From contig NC_081388.1 of assembly GCF_030684315.1 (NCBI RefSeq), forward strand, positions 16,600,093 through 16,664,092: DNA of 64,000 bases, read 5' to 3'. Source of the stretch: Stegostoma tigrinum. Its lineage: Eukaryota. Positions within the stretch are counted from its first letter, which is position 1, and the number at the start of each line of letters is the position of its first letter. A program made the position numbers and the translations under genes. The notes under the pieces are model-generated. The model had not been told where the DNA came from. It was given only the letters and a program-made list of their open reading frames with translations, and ran no database searches. This document shows positions 51,914-64,000 of the stretch, one piece after another.

Positions 51914-53224
51914 ATGCCTTTTGGTTTGTTTGGATAGAGTCAAACTCCAATGTTTGTATGTTTCCTTGATATGCTACTGTACAGAACTGAATTGCGTTTA
52001 TGACGGTGCATATATATATATTTTTTTATGACTAAAGTATATCTTTGAAATTAAAAAAGAAGGGGGTATGAGTTTATATACAGTCACAGGGGCAATAATT
52101 GTTGAGGGGTATGTTTGACCTTTCACTTCTTGGACTAGAGAGAGTGAATTGGCCACTATTACCGAACTCAGTGCTGGACAAGAGATGTAAATGACATGAG
52201 AAGAGGGAATTGAGGTTTGTGGTCTAACAACCAGCTGAAACCTGTATTAGGCTGCTCATAGACAGAGAATAGGTACTCTGAGACAATCATAGATGTGCGT
52301 TGTCTTGCTTTTCAGCATTCCCATCATAGTCCCATTCCACAGAATTTAGTATAAAGAAATCTGACAAGGCACCCCAGTGTAGTACTGAAAGAGTGCTACA
52401 CTGTTGGAGGTGTTGTCCTGCAAGAAACATTAAACCGTGGTCCTGCCTGTTCTTTCAGACTAAATTATTCTAGGGCACTACTTTGAAGAAATTCCCTTCC
52501 CACAACTATGAGCTAAGGCTTATTAGCTTCAACTCCTTTTAGCTGTCGAGTCTTAACCCACCTGCAGAGTTCACAAAGACTAACTCTCAGTAGCTTGATC
52601 AGTTTTCTCATCTCTCACACTGCATTCTCAGAAATGTTTCAAAACAGGTAGAAGAGGTTAGGTTGGGTGACATCTCTCAGCAGGCCACATGCTCATTGAA
52701 CTCCAAACACTAACATGTAGCTGCAACTCCAGACAGCCATAAACTTGGACAAGTGATTTCCAATAAACACCCAAAGACTCACGTCAAGTCAGGTACCTTC
52801 AAAATTTTGTACTTAATAAAAGTATCCAAAGTATCCTTTTGGTAACCTTTAAAGAACTAAAGTCCATGCCCCCTCAGTCTTCCAAATTAATTAATTTTCA
52901 CAATCTTTCAAAGTTGCATTGGTGCTTTCACAGAGATTGAACCATGGGCTGAATGGGCTTCTTCTATACTGTAAACTTCCATGAATGCTTAATGTGTAAA
53001 ATAATAACTTGCCTCAAGTCATTTTGTTCATATCCCCAGTGTCCTGGTCAAATTCTATTCCTTTCTCTAATCATTATCTGTTTGTAGGAGTTGGCTTTGC
53101 TCACATTGGTTGCTGTGATTCAAACAACGAGGACTACACTTTGAAAATGTATATTGTTGACCAGGAAATGCTCTAGAAAGTGCAAAGGATGTTAGAGATG
53201 CCATACTGCATCAAAAGGATAAGC

Positions 53225-54178
53225 ATCGAGTCATAGAGATATATGGCATGGAAACAGACCCTTTGGTCCAACTCGTCCATTCCAACCAGATATTCTAAAT
53301 AAATCTCGTCCCATTTGCCAACATTTGGCCTATATCCCTCTGAACCCTTCCTACTCATACACCCATCCAGATGCCTTTTAAATGTTGTAATTGTACCAGC
53401 CTCCACATTTCCTCTGGCAGCTCATTCCATACACTCACCACCCTCTGTGTGAAAATGTTGCTCCTTGGGTCCCTTTTAAATCTTTTCCCTCTTATCTTAA
53501 ACCTATGCCCCTCTAGTCTTGAACTCTCCTGTACTGGGGAAAATGGCCTTGACTATGTACCCTTCACACGCCTCTCATAATTTTATAAATTTCTATAAGG
53601 TCACCCCTCAGCCTCTGACACTCCAGGGAAAATAGCCCCAGTCTATTCAGTCTCTCCCTATAGCTCAAACCGTCCAACCCTGATAACATCCCTGTAAATT
53701 TTTTATGAACACTTTCAAGTTTCACAATATCCATCCTATAGCAGGGAGATCAGAGTTGAATGCAGTATTCTGTTAGAGGCCTAACCCATGTTCTGTACAG
53801 CTGCAACTTGATCTTCCAACTCCTGTACTCAATGCACTGATCAATAAAGGCAAGCATACCAAATGCATTCTTCACTGTCCTGTCTATCTGCAACTCCACT
53901 TTCAAGGAAGTATGAACCTGCACTCCAAGGTCTCTTTGTTCAGAATACTCATCAGGGCCTTACTAAGTCCTGCCCTGATTTGCCCTTCCAAAATACAGCA
54001 CCTCACATTTATCTAAACTAAACTCCATCTGCCACTGCTCTGCCCATTGGCCCATCTGATCAAGATCCCATTGCACTCTGAGGAAACCTTCTTTGTTGTC
54101 CAATACGCCTCCAATTTTGGTGTCATCTGCAAACTTACTAACCAGACCTTCTGTGTTCACGTCCAAATCATTTACAGA
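53225..54178 (-). mobile_element. 5'-truncated CR1-type LINE
   Basis: [13 protein letters not shown]...WQMEF...EAGTITTFKRHLDG. Confidence 0.92.
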
Positions 54179-55302
54179 AATGAAATGTCATAACATTCAA
54201 GACTATGGGCCCAGTGCTGGCTGCAAAGTGGGACTGGTGTAGATTTAGAGTAGTTTTTGTCAGTGTAAGCTTGATGGACCAAAGGGTCTTTTCTGTACAG
54301 TGTGATTCTATAGTAAATGCATCTATTTTTTCATTGTCTTCAAGATGGAGGGAATCAACACTTTGCATATTAAAAAGACGATATTTAACAAATTTAAATT
54401 CTATAAAGTAATGTAAGGTAGCTAAGCTGAATATATATCTCAGCTCACTGCCAATGTTGCTCACATTGTCAAATAGCCCATTCCCCCTGGTGGCTTAATG
54501 CTGCAGTTGCAGTGACTTGCAGAACCCAGCACATCCACTCAGGCAGAATTGTTCTGGAAACTTCCATCTAGCAGCGTGACACAGGATCTTCACAGACTAT
54601 TGATTGGCAGAGACGCAAAAGAAAAAGAGAATCATTCACCTTGTATTTCTGTGACACATCTTGCTGTATAAGCATGGAAAAGTGATCAGATTGTAATGAA
54701 GGGAGGGAAACTGTTACTCTGAAGTGAAGCTCAATAGTGGCTCTTTAGAATATGAAGTTTAAATACTCAAATAAAATTTAATATCTATTGACAGAGCCAC
54801 ATCTTGCCTCATGCGGATGCATTGTAGAGACAGGTCAATCATCAGTAATGCCATTTTTTCAACAGTTGAGCCTATTTCCATTAGTGTTCATTTTTGCTAC
54901 CTCAACTGTTGACATGTTTCCCAGTACAAATGGTCACGGATGGTCTTTTTGTCGAAACATAGTGCAATTTTGATTTAGTCATTCAGTCAGCGGATAAGGA
55001 TAGCATTTATTCCCCCTGAAAAGGTGGTGAGCTGCCTTTTCGAACTGTTGCTTTCCAGGTGATGGGCTAGTATTTTACATATGCTTGGCTATTTTAGAGA
55101 GTAGGCACAGGAGTAGGCAATTCAGCCCGTTGAGACTGCCCCACTATTCAATACAGTCATGGCTAATCAAACACATCTATGCCTTTTACCCACCCTATCC
55201 CTTTAACTCTCTATGCCATTTTAAGGTTTCAGCAAACCTCCATTTGTAGCTCAGGTTGTGGGTGAGGGAATCAACTTTCTCACCGTGCTGGTTTATTTTC
55301 GT

Positions 55303-55342
55303 TCAGACGTTTCGTCACCACGCTAGGTAACATCATCAGTGA
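55303..55342 (-). ncRNA. Minimal type I hammerhead ribozyme motif
   Basis: TCA-CTGATGA-T-GTTACC(TAGCGT)GGTGAC-GAAA-CGTC-TGA; stems I and II pair, GUC site. Confidence 0.72.
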
Positions 55343-55418
55343 GGCCTGTGATGAAGCGATGTTGTTCTACTCTGCTTAAAATTTATACTGACCAGTCTAT
55401 TATGCTTCATTGGAGGCC

Positions 55419-55458
55419 TCACTGATGATATTACCTACCATGGTGGTGAAACGTCTGA
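55419..55458 (+). ncRNA. Minimal type I hammerhead ribozyme motif
   Basis: TCA-CTGATGA-T-ATTACC(TACCAT)GGTGGT-GAAA-CGTC-TGA. Confidence 0.65.
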
Positions 55459-56246
55459 ACAAAAATAAGCCAGCTCGCTGAGCAAGTCAACAACCTCTTT
55501 ATGCCATTGCAAATTAGAAATCTATCAATTGCTACCTTAAGTATACATAAAGACTGAGCTTCCACAGCCCTCAGGTTTGAGAATTTGAAATGTTGTAAAT
55601 CCTCTGAAATGAAAAGAACTCCTCATCTTGGATTTAAGTTGCAATCCCTCTTATTGTTAAATTGTACCCTCTGGTTCTAGACTCTTCAGAAAGGGGAAAC
55701 CGCTTACCCTGTCTATCACTTTTAAGTGTTTCGTAAGTTTCAATGTAATCGCCTATCATTTTTCAAATCTCTAGAGAATATCAGCCCAGTGCGCCAATCT
55801 CTTTTCATAGGATAGTCCTTCCATCCTGGGAACAAGACTGGTAAACCTTCATTGCACTCTGTCTATGGCAATCATCTCTTTCCTGAGATAAAGTGACCAA
55901 AACTGCACATGTTACTCCAGGAAAGGGCTCATGTAATCGTAGTTGGATACACAGAAGAGTAATTACATTTCTTCCTGAAAGTGTAATATGAAAAATATCT
56001 ATTATTAATGTTTTTAAGATTGGTGAGTGGGATATTAAACTGAGGACCTAACTGTTGTCTCAGTACATGTAAGATTCCTGCAAAATTTAGAATAGAAGGT
56101 GAACGATTATTCTGCTCAATATTTAGCCCTCAACCAACATCACAAAAACAGCTTATCTGGTCATAATCGCATTGCCATTAAAGGCAGCTTGATCCATGCA
56201 AATTGACTACTGAATTTCCTGCATTGGGACAGTAATGAACAATGTT

Positions 56247-56388
56247 CACAGTTCTGGAGCAAGGTCACTGGACTCAATGTTAACTCTGTTCCTCTCTCCA
56301 CAGATACTGCCAGACGTGCAGAGCTTCTTTTCAATTTCTGTTTTGTTTGTTTCAGATCTCCAGCATCCACAATTTATTGTTTTGTTTA
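56247..56388 (+). mobile_element. Single-arm Penelope-derived mini-element (other decayed copies near 1062-1170, 22375-22560, 27515-27590, 27985-28125, 32655-32735, 42925-42975, 58215-58330)
   Basis: cagttctg...ggtcactggactcaatgttaactctg...ttcagatctccagcatcc. Confidence 0.7.
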
Positions 56389-56929
56389 CAATTTGTGGCG
56401 TTAGATCACAGATCTGCCATGATATCACTGGATGGCATCATTATTGTGGATTGACCAGAGTCTCTTAGTAAGACCTGCAGCAGTGAAAGTATCCAGGTGG
56501 GCAGGATTTTTTAATTGCTGCTCCAGTTACTTTGCTAGCCAGCACTCTTAACCAACAGGCTGTGCAAGCAACCAACCCACCTTCATCCTGAGGTGTTGAC
56601 ATTTCATTTACGAACAAAGTGTTATTCAGTGGCTGCTAAGCACTTTGGGAGTTCCTGTGATTTTGAAAGGGACTATGTAAAAGCACGGTTACCTCTGACC
56701 CAGGTCACTCTGGGTTCAAGTCTCACCTGTTCCAGAGGTGAATCACAACATTTCTGAACAGGCTGGTAACAAAATATCTAAAAATAATTTCATGCGTGCA
56801 AAATAATGCCGTCCATATTTTGTATATAAGGTGGATCTTGTGAAAAAGATATTGATCAGCCCTCCCTTCCTATTTCCAGTTAGATTCACAGACCACCTGG
56901 CATTGTACACACTGGGCTTGGACCACGTG

Positions 56930-57120
56930 GAGGACATCGAGAGAGCGCGGGAACAGCTCCGGTTTTATGAATGGAGCCGCGACGGCGTGGCGTGACTGAC
57001 GTCACAAAAGGGTGGGGCGAGGTGAGGTCACCCGCGGGGCGGGGCTTGTCGCCAGGTGTTTGCGGCCCTTAGGAACGGGCCTGGAAAGCCGGAGGGAGGA
57101 GGCAAGTGGCCTCCGTAAGT
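56930..57120. promoter_or_regulatory. CpG-rich, probably bidirectional promoter with a non-coding first exon on + (donor at 57115)
   Basis: Local CpG cluster in a CpG-depleted background; palindromic CRE TGACGTCA 56997-57004; GC box GGGGCGGGGC 57036-57045; CTCC|GTAAGT donor. Confidence 0.8.
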
Positions 57121-58506
57121 CCTTTCATATTTATGTGTACACACGTTACATCATTTTAAATAACAGGTAAGGCTGTGATACATATAGTTTACTATCGTGC
57201 AATGGCAATTAACAGGAGTTCAATGCATTTAACAGTAAATAATTACAATTGTGTCCAACTCTAGTTTTTCTTAAATATGAAGACACATGGTGCACAGTGG
57301 GTGAATGCAGAATTGGGGCCTGGGCCCTGCTTTGCATGGGCCCTGCATATCACTAGACTGTACCAGGCCGGAATATTTATATCCCTCACTTTGCCTCCTC
57401 TGGAGGCAGTTTCTAGGATAAACTCAGTGTCGTGTTTCAGCGTGCTTAGGTGGAAGAGTTTCCCCAGCCCATATCACGTCTACAGGCTAGGGAGCTAGCT
57501 GGCAAAGTAATCTGGAGCTGAGTAATGAGAAAATCCAGCACATTCTTGATATTCCCATCTCTGCAGGTTTCAATGTGAGAGCCAGTCTGGCTGGTCAAAC
57601 AGTACTATTCTTGAAAGTTGTGGGAACAAGGCATGGCAATGTAGCCCTTCGAGCTTTGCCATCCAGCAATAAAATGGCTGATCTGTGATACAGTTACATT
57701 TGTGGGCCGTTGCTGTCCCCTACTCCTTAACGTGTTTTGTTAAATAGGGGCTTAGCAATCTCACATCTGGTACCAACTGCTGCTTATGGAAGAGAATTTC
57801 CAGATTTCTCCTTGTGTGCAGAGGTGTTTAATTTCACACCTGACCTAGGAACGCAGTGTATTGAATTTATTGCAGCGGCAAGGCATAGTTTAGTTCAACA
57901 CTTGCACTACCGCAAAACCAAGCTACAAATCAAGCAGTTGAAAATTAACTGTTTCTTCTTCTTGTTCCGTAGAATAATATAGTACAACCAAGAGGCCATA
58001 CAACCCATTTCTGTCATGTGGCTCTTCAAAATATTCAGCCCATTCATTTATTCTATCCCATAGCTCTGATCTATGATTTTATATCCTGACATTGGTCTGG
58101 CACGCTAATTCTGATTTGAGCTGCTATAGAGTCTTAGAGTCAAACAGCATAGAAACAGACCCTCATGAATGTTTTATCTGTTGGACTTTGACTCATGGAT
58201 TTCAGCTGAGAGCAAGACAAAAGTGAAATACTGCAAATGCTGAAAAATTGCAACAGAAACAAAAAATGCCGGAAATGGTTGTTTGGGACAGAGGAATTGA
58301 GTTCGTTTCAGATGATTGACATTTTGTCATGATTGAAATTTGGGAGTAGGATTTGGGCAATGCATCACACAGTGGTTATAGACTGGCAAGGATTTGCAGC
58401 TTGGAGGAGAACAGAAAATTGGATGAAAAACATGTACAATCACTGCGGATGACAGACTTAAATATATTGCAAGCCCTTAAAACTCTGCTTGTTGTTGTAG
58501 ATCAGG

Positions 58507-58605
58507 ATGGCTGACAATCATTATGACAGCGCTGAGCAAAAGATGGGGAACGTTAATGAAAGCACACCACTAACTAGTGGCAGCAGGAGGAATCTCTACA
58601 CAGAG
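58507..58605 (+). CDS. Putative first coding exon of an unidentified gene
   Basis: Acceptor ttgttgttgtag|58501; Kozak AGGATGG; MADNHYDSAEQKMGNVNESTPLTSGSRRNLYTE; weak donor GAG|gtggat. Confidence 0.5.
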
Positions 58606-58816
58606 GTGGATTTAAGGTGATGTGTTGCTATTCTGTCTTAAATATGATAACAGAAGGAAAAGTGACCTACAGTGTTGACAAAGCCAATAGCGCTGGAATC
58701 TTTGCTTTTTTAAATCACCTGGGTGCTCTACAGGCCGCTTGGCCTATATTTTCTGCTTGAGTTACAACTAGGAGAATCTGATGGACTTTCTGCTCTTTAT
58801 ACAAAGATATTTCCAG

Positions 58817-58847
58817 GTCCCAAGAATGCACGCTGTTCAGTATAGCC
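58817..58847 (+). CDS. Putative small coding exon, same unidentified gene
   Basis: ttccag|...|gtgagt; phase 0 in, phase 1 out; VPRMHAVQYS. Confidence 0.45.
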
Positions 58848-58971
58848 GTGAGTGGGGAGCATTTTAACATTTAAATACCCACAAAGTTCAAGCAATTAAT
58901 CTGAGATTGAAAAATTACTTATTGAGTTCCAAGTTTAAAAAAATACAACTTTTAAAAAATGTATACTTTAG

Positions 58972-59001
58972 ATGACAGCACAGAGGCATTGAATTCTCAG
59001 G
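58972..59001 (+). CDS. Putative small coding exon, same unidentified gene
   Basis: ctttag|...CAGG|gtaagt; only the phase-1 frame is open (HDSTEALNSQ), matching the previous exon. Confidence 0.5.
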
Positions 59002-60969
59002 GTAAGTTATTTCTTAGTTCTGGTTTTTGTGGAGTTTTTTTAAGATTAGGAACAGGAGTTAAAGTTTAGTAAAGATTTGAAATAAAATACCCAATACTTA
59101 TCATATAGAGATATATTTTTCCTCTGATATTTTGCATAAAAACAGTTATGCATTGGTATGAAATATTAGAGGAGGAGTACTTTTAAGGGCTGACCAAGCT
59201 TTGTCAAAAGGCAGTAATGAGAAAGGCGTGTGGAAGTGATACATGTCAGACACAAGTCCTGCTGTCATATAGCACACTGGTGTTACTTCGGCAAAGTTCA
59301 GTCATTAAGTACAGCTAATGCTTTAATCTATAACCTCTAACATTTTTAAGTATGTCACACATATTCCTTATTTGGCTTCACCATTCTTTGTTGCACAAAT
59401 TTGACTGGCTTGTTATTTCTTATTTGAGCTCAGAAACAGAAAATGTTGGTAGCAGTTCTTTAGAACAGAGGAACTGAGTTAACATTTCAGCAGACTTTCC
59501 TGCCATTTCTGCAAATCTATTTACAGTCTCACAACACACTTGGTGATTTATTTTGCTTGACTTTCTTTGCACAAAGCCACAGGAGGTTCACTCATATTGA
59601 TACAAAATATCTAAACATAAGTATGATACAATGCTAAAAAGCCATGAGGTAAATAAGAATGTAGACTTAACATCTATAGCTGTTCCTCAATGTTAATTGG
59701 ACAAATTAATTATTTTTGAAATTGTACTTTTGGAGGAGAAAGTACTTATTTTTCTATTGGCTGATAACACACAATACACGGTTTTCCAGGGAGTGTTCAT
59801 TAACTGTTAGTGAATTGACTCAGAGTATGTTTTAACAGAATGCTTGTGAAATCCTTTCAAAAGTACACCTTACGATCTTGCAACTGCATAAATTCAAACT
59901 TGTCATGAGCAATTATTTTTGTTAATGAGGGAAGTCTCTTTCCTAGCAGAAGGCTGCCCTACTCGATCATAAATTTGGCTTTTTCCCACCTGTTCAACCC
60001 TTGCTCCACTCTGTCTATGTCTTCCCTCGTTCTCTGTTGAAACCCTAATCCATTTTTGTGTTGCACCTCAATAGGATTTTCTAATACTATTCAAACCACC
60101 CTCCTTGCTTCAAGCCTCCAGTTTGTTCAAAATTTCACAGTCCACCATTAAAGAGAATTAGAACTATCTAGCATGGAAGGAAGCCATTCAGCTCATCATG
60201 TCCGCAGTGGCTGACAACAAGACATCCTGATGAATGGAGGCGATAAACTTGCATTTGAGAAGAAATTAGATAAGTACATGAAGGAGAAGAGAAATAAGAA
60301 ATGCAGGTAGAAAAAAAGTTAGAACAGGCTAATATGGAGTATAAAAGCTAGTATGCACCCATTGGCTGAATGGCCTGTATGCAAATTCTATGTGAGCTAG
60401 ATTTCTACAACCCAAACCACAATTCCAGCAGGGGACATTTCTTCCTCTCCCTTCACTCTGAAAACTTAAAGCTGCTGACTTGTTGTCAGAAGTGGCTTGC
60501 GCTAAATCACATTGTAATAACCTGCAGTCTTGATGCCATGTGTGATTCAGATTTGCATTTAGTTGGGAACAATCAAATTTCAATCATCTAAGAAAGGTCC
60601 ACTTACCAGGAAACATATCCGAGCTTGGGAAACAAAGTGACTCTGAGAATCTACTTCAGATTGTTAGCAATGGTGATGTTTTGCGGTTCCACATACCAGA
60701 TTGTGCATGCAGTGTATTTGCTTGAGCTTGGCAACACAATGGTTTATGAAGCACTCTGTTTTACACTGGATTTACTAGGAGAATTGATATGAATGGAAGA
60801 TGCTCAGTAATGGAACAGTCGCATTAGGTTGAGCTCCCATAACCTTTCTCTTTATCCGTGATTCTTAGCCACTGATGTTTGGGCTCTCTAGCAGTAACAC
60901 ATTAACTGAATATTCTTGGTTACCATATCAAGACTGATAAATAGGTTGGACTTTAAGTTTTCCTAATAG

Positions 60970-63900
60970 AATCTAGTGTTCTCTAGTTTACTACCGGTGC
61001 CACAAGATAGCGAGGCGAGGAACAGGGAGCGGGCGCAGCTTAACACATGGCTGTGCAGCTGGTGTAGGGGGGAGGGCTGCAGATATGTAGACAATTGGGA
61101 TGCCTTCTGGGGAAGGTGGGACCTGTACAAGAAGGACGGGTTGCATCTGAACTGGAAGGGGACCAATGTCCTGGGTGGAAGGTTTGCTCGAGTAGTTCGA
61201 GAGGGCTTAAACTAGTATGGCAGGGGGTGGGATCCTGAGCTGTATACCGGAGGTGAGTGTTGATGCAGGTGAGGCAATAGCAAGAGGTAGACCAGCTAGT
61301 GGGAAGGATTTTCCTGGGAAGGAACCAAGGGATCAGTTAAAGTGTGTTTGTTTTAACACAAGGAGTATCAGGAATAAAAGTGATGAACTTAGAGCATGGA
61401 TCAGTACCTGGTGCTATGATGTTGTGGCCATAACAGAGACATGGGTTTCTCAGGGGCAGGAATGGTTGCTGGATGTTCCAGGGTTTAGAACATTTAAAAA
61501 GAATAGGGAGGGGGGAAAAAGAGGAGGGGGTGTAGCACTACTAATCAGAGAGGGTATCACAGCTACAGAAGCTTCCATTGTCGAGGAAGATCTGCCTCCC
61601 GAGTCAGTATGGGTGGAAATTAGGAACAGCAAGGGAGTAGTCACCTAGTTAGGGTTTACTTCAGGCCCCCCAGTAGCAGCAGGGAGATTGAAGAAAGCAT
61701 AGGTCGGCAGATTTTGGAAAAGTGCGGACGTAGTAGGGTTGTTGTAATGGGTGACTTTAACTTTCCCAATGTTGATTGGAACCTCCTTTGAGCAGAAGAT
61801 TTGAATGGAGCTGTTTTTGTAAGGTGTGTTCAGGAGGGTTTCCTAACTCAGTGCGTTGACAGGCCGACGAGGGGAGAGGCCGTTCTAGACTTGGTGCTTG
61901 CAAACGAGCTGGGGCAGGTGTCAGATCTTGTGGTGGGAGAGCATATTGGTGATAGTGACCATAACTGCCTCACATTCTACATAGCTATGGAGAAGGAGAG
62001 GATTAGGCAAAATGGGAGGATATTTAATTGGGGAAGAGGAAACTATGATGCGATTAGACATGAGTTAGGAAGCATGGACTGGGAGAAATTGTTCCATGGT
62101 AAAGGCACTATAGACATGTGGAGACTGTGTTTAAGGAACAGTTGTTGCGAGTGATGAATAAATATGTCCCTCTGAGACAGGCAAGCAGGGGTAAGATAAA
62201 GGAACCTTGGATGACGAGAGCGGTGGAGCTTCTTGTCAAAAGGAAGAAGGTAGTTTACATAAGGTGGAGGAAGCTAGGGTCAAGCTCAGCTCTAGAGGAT
62301 TACAGGCAGGCGAGGAAGGAGCTCAAAAATGGTCTGAGGAGAGCCAGGAGGGGGCACGAGAAAGGCTTGGCAGAACGGATTAGGGAGAACACAAAGGCAT
62401 TTTACACTTATGTGAGGAATAAGAGAATGGTTAAAGAAAGAGTAGGACCGATCAGGGATAGCATAGGGAAGTTGTGTGTGGAGTCTGAGGAGGTAGGGGA
62501 AGCCCTAAATGAGTTTTTTGCTTCTGTCTTTACGAAAGAAACGAACTTTGTAGTGAATGAAACCTTTGAAGAGCAGGTGTGCATGCTGGAATGGATAGAG
62601 ATAGAGGAAGCTGATGTGCTGAAAATTTTGTCAAACATTAAGATTGACCAGTTGCCAGGCCCGGACCAGATTTGTCCTCGGCTGCTTTGGGAAACGAGAA
62701 ATGCAATTGCTTCGCCACTTGCGAAGATCTTTGCATCCTCGCTCTGCACTGGAGTCGTACCTGAGGACTGGACAGAGGCAAATGTAATTCCTCTCTTCAA
62801 GAAAGGAAATAGGGAAATCCCCGGCAATTACAGACCAGTAAGTCTCACGTCTGTCGTCTGCAAGGTGTTAGAAAGGATTCTGAGGGATAGGATTTATGAC
62901 CATCTGGATGAGCATGGCTTGATTAAATGCAGTCAACATGGCTTTGTGAGGGGCAGGTCATGCCTCACAAACCTTATCGAGTTCTTTGAGGATGTGACTA
63001 GAAAAGTTGATGAGGGTCAAGCTGTGGATGTGGTACATATGGACTTCAGCAAGGCATTTGATAAGGTTCCCCATGGTAGGCTCATTCAGAAGGTCAGGAG
63101 GAATGGGATGCAGGGGAACTTAGCTGCTTGGATACAGAATTGGCTGGCCAACAGAAGGCAGCGAGTGGTAGTAGAAGGAAAATATTCTGCCTGGAAGTCA
63201 GTGGTGAGTGGTGTTCCACAGGGCTCTGTCCTTGGGCCTCGACTGTTTGTAATTTTTATTAATGACTTGGATGAGGGGATTGAAGGATGGGTCAGCAAGT
63301 TTGCAGATGACACGAAGGTTGGAGGTATTGTTGACGGTATAGAGGGCTGTTGTAGGCTGCAGCGGGACATTGACAGGATGCAGAGATGGGCTGAGAGGTG
63401 GCAGATGGAGTTCAACCTGGATAAATGCGAGGTGATGCATTTTGGAAGGTCGAATTTGAAAGCTGAGTACAGGATTAAGGATAGGATTCTTGGCAGTGTG
63501 GAGGAACAGAGGGATCTTGGTGTGCAGATACACAGATCCCTTAAAATGGCCACCCAAGTGGACAGGGTTGTTAAGAAAGCATATGGTGTTTTGGCTTTCA
63601 TTAACAGGGGGATTGAGTTTAAGAGTCGTGAGATCTTGTTGCAGCTCTATAAAACTTTGGTTAGACCGCACTTGGAATACTTGGATGCTTTGGAGAGGGT
63701 TCAGAGGAGGTTTACCAGGATGCTGCCTGGACTGGAGGGCTTATCTTATGAAGAGAGGTTGACTGAGCTCGGACTTTTTTCATTGGAGAAAAGGAGGAGG
63801 AGAGGGGATCTAATTGAGGTATACAAGATAATGAGAGGCATAGATAGAGTTGATAGCCAGAGACTATTTCCCAGGGCAGAAAAGGCTAACACGAGGGGCC

Positions 63901-64000
63901 ATAGTTTTAAGCTGGTTGGAGGAAAGTATAGGGGGGATGTCAGAGGCGGGTTCTTTACACAGAGAGTTGTGAGAGCATGGAATGCATTGCCAGCAGCAGT
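60970..64000 (+). mobile_element. Long CR1-type LINE: ORF1 esterase (SGNH) C-terminus plus ORF2 APE endonuclease and RT, disrupted; runs off the window
   Basis: ORF1 YKKDGLHLN...EGLN* (61215); APE FNTRSIRNK, VVAITETW, GDFN, SDHN; [30 protein letters not shown]; stops, frameshifts and a small deletion near 63680. Confidence 0.97.

Larger units (their letters stand above)
55221..55494. mobile_element. Palindromic Penelope-derived element of a third family, with a hammerhead on each strand
   Basis: 14-bp TSD CTCT(C/T)TATGCCATT (55207-55220, 55495-55508); inverted arms ~55270-55347 / 55414-55490. Confidence 0.85.
55095..55925 (-). mobile_element. Old CR1-type 3' fragment (similar pieces at ~7360-7900, 31000-31165, 31870-32065, 49845-50280, 51210-51460)
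   Basis: Tail agccatga..gaa..gtgg..cag.ctc.a.gggctgaatggcctactcctg, plus upstream ORF2 remnants. Confidence 0.7.

Noticed and set aside
60550-60795. Possible next exon of the + strand gene starting at 58507
   Set aside because: Two weak alternative acceptors give unrelated peptides; I cannot choose between them from sequence alone.

Overview
Vertebrate genomic DNA, most likely a cartilaginous fish (shark), inferred from the CR1 LINE, Deu-/V-SINE and Penelope repeat types. It is not prokaryotic, and most ORF-track entries are repeat or intron noise. Genes read by hand: (1) the last 8 coding exons of FARSA on + (142-16686), with GT-AG boundaries and consistent phases; (2) a two-exon SMIM44-family small membrane protein gene on - (26924-26684, 19080-18929; 130 aa), tail-to-tail with FARSA; (3) an unrecognised intronless 430-aa ORF on - (40343-39051) made of Pro/Glu/Ala and Lys/Glu 9-residue repeats plus a Cys-rich tail; (4) a CpG-rich, probably bidirectional promoter at ~57 kb, with small phase-compatible exons of an unidentified + gene and a possible spliced - transcript. 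The rest is mostly CR1 LINE copies, a decayed Penelope element, SINEs and a probable solo LTR. The most interesting signals are: many short, often palindromic, TSD-flanked Penelope-derived elements carrying minimal hammerhead-ribozyme cores; the orphan repeat protein; and a 204-bp copy of sequence from downstream of the FARSA stop pasted into a LINE in the last FARSA intron. Repeat boundaries were read by eye and are approximate. Family names come from recalled motifs, not from searches.
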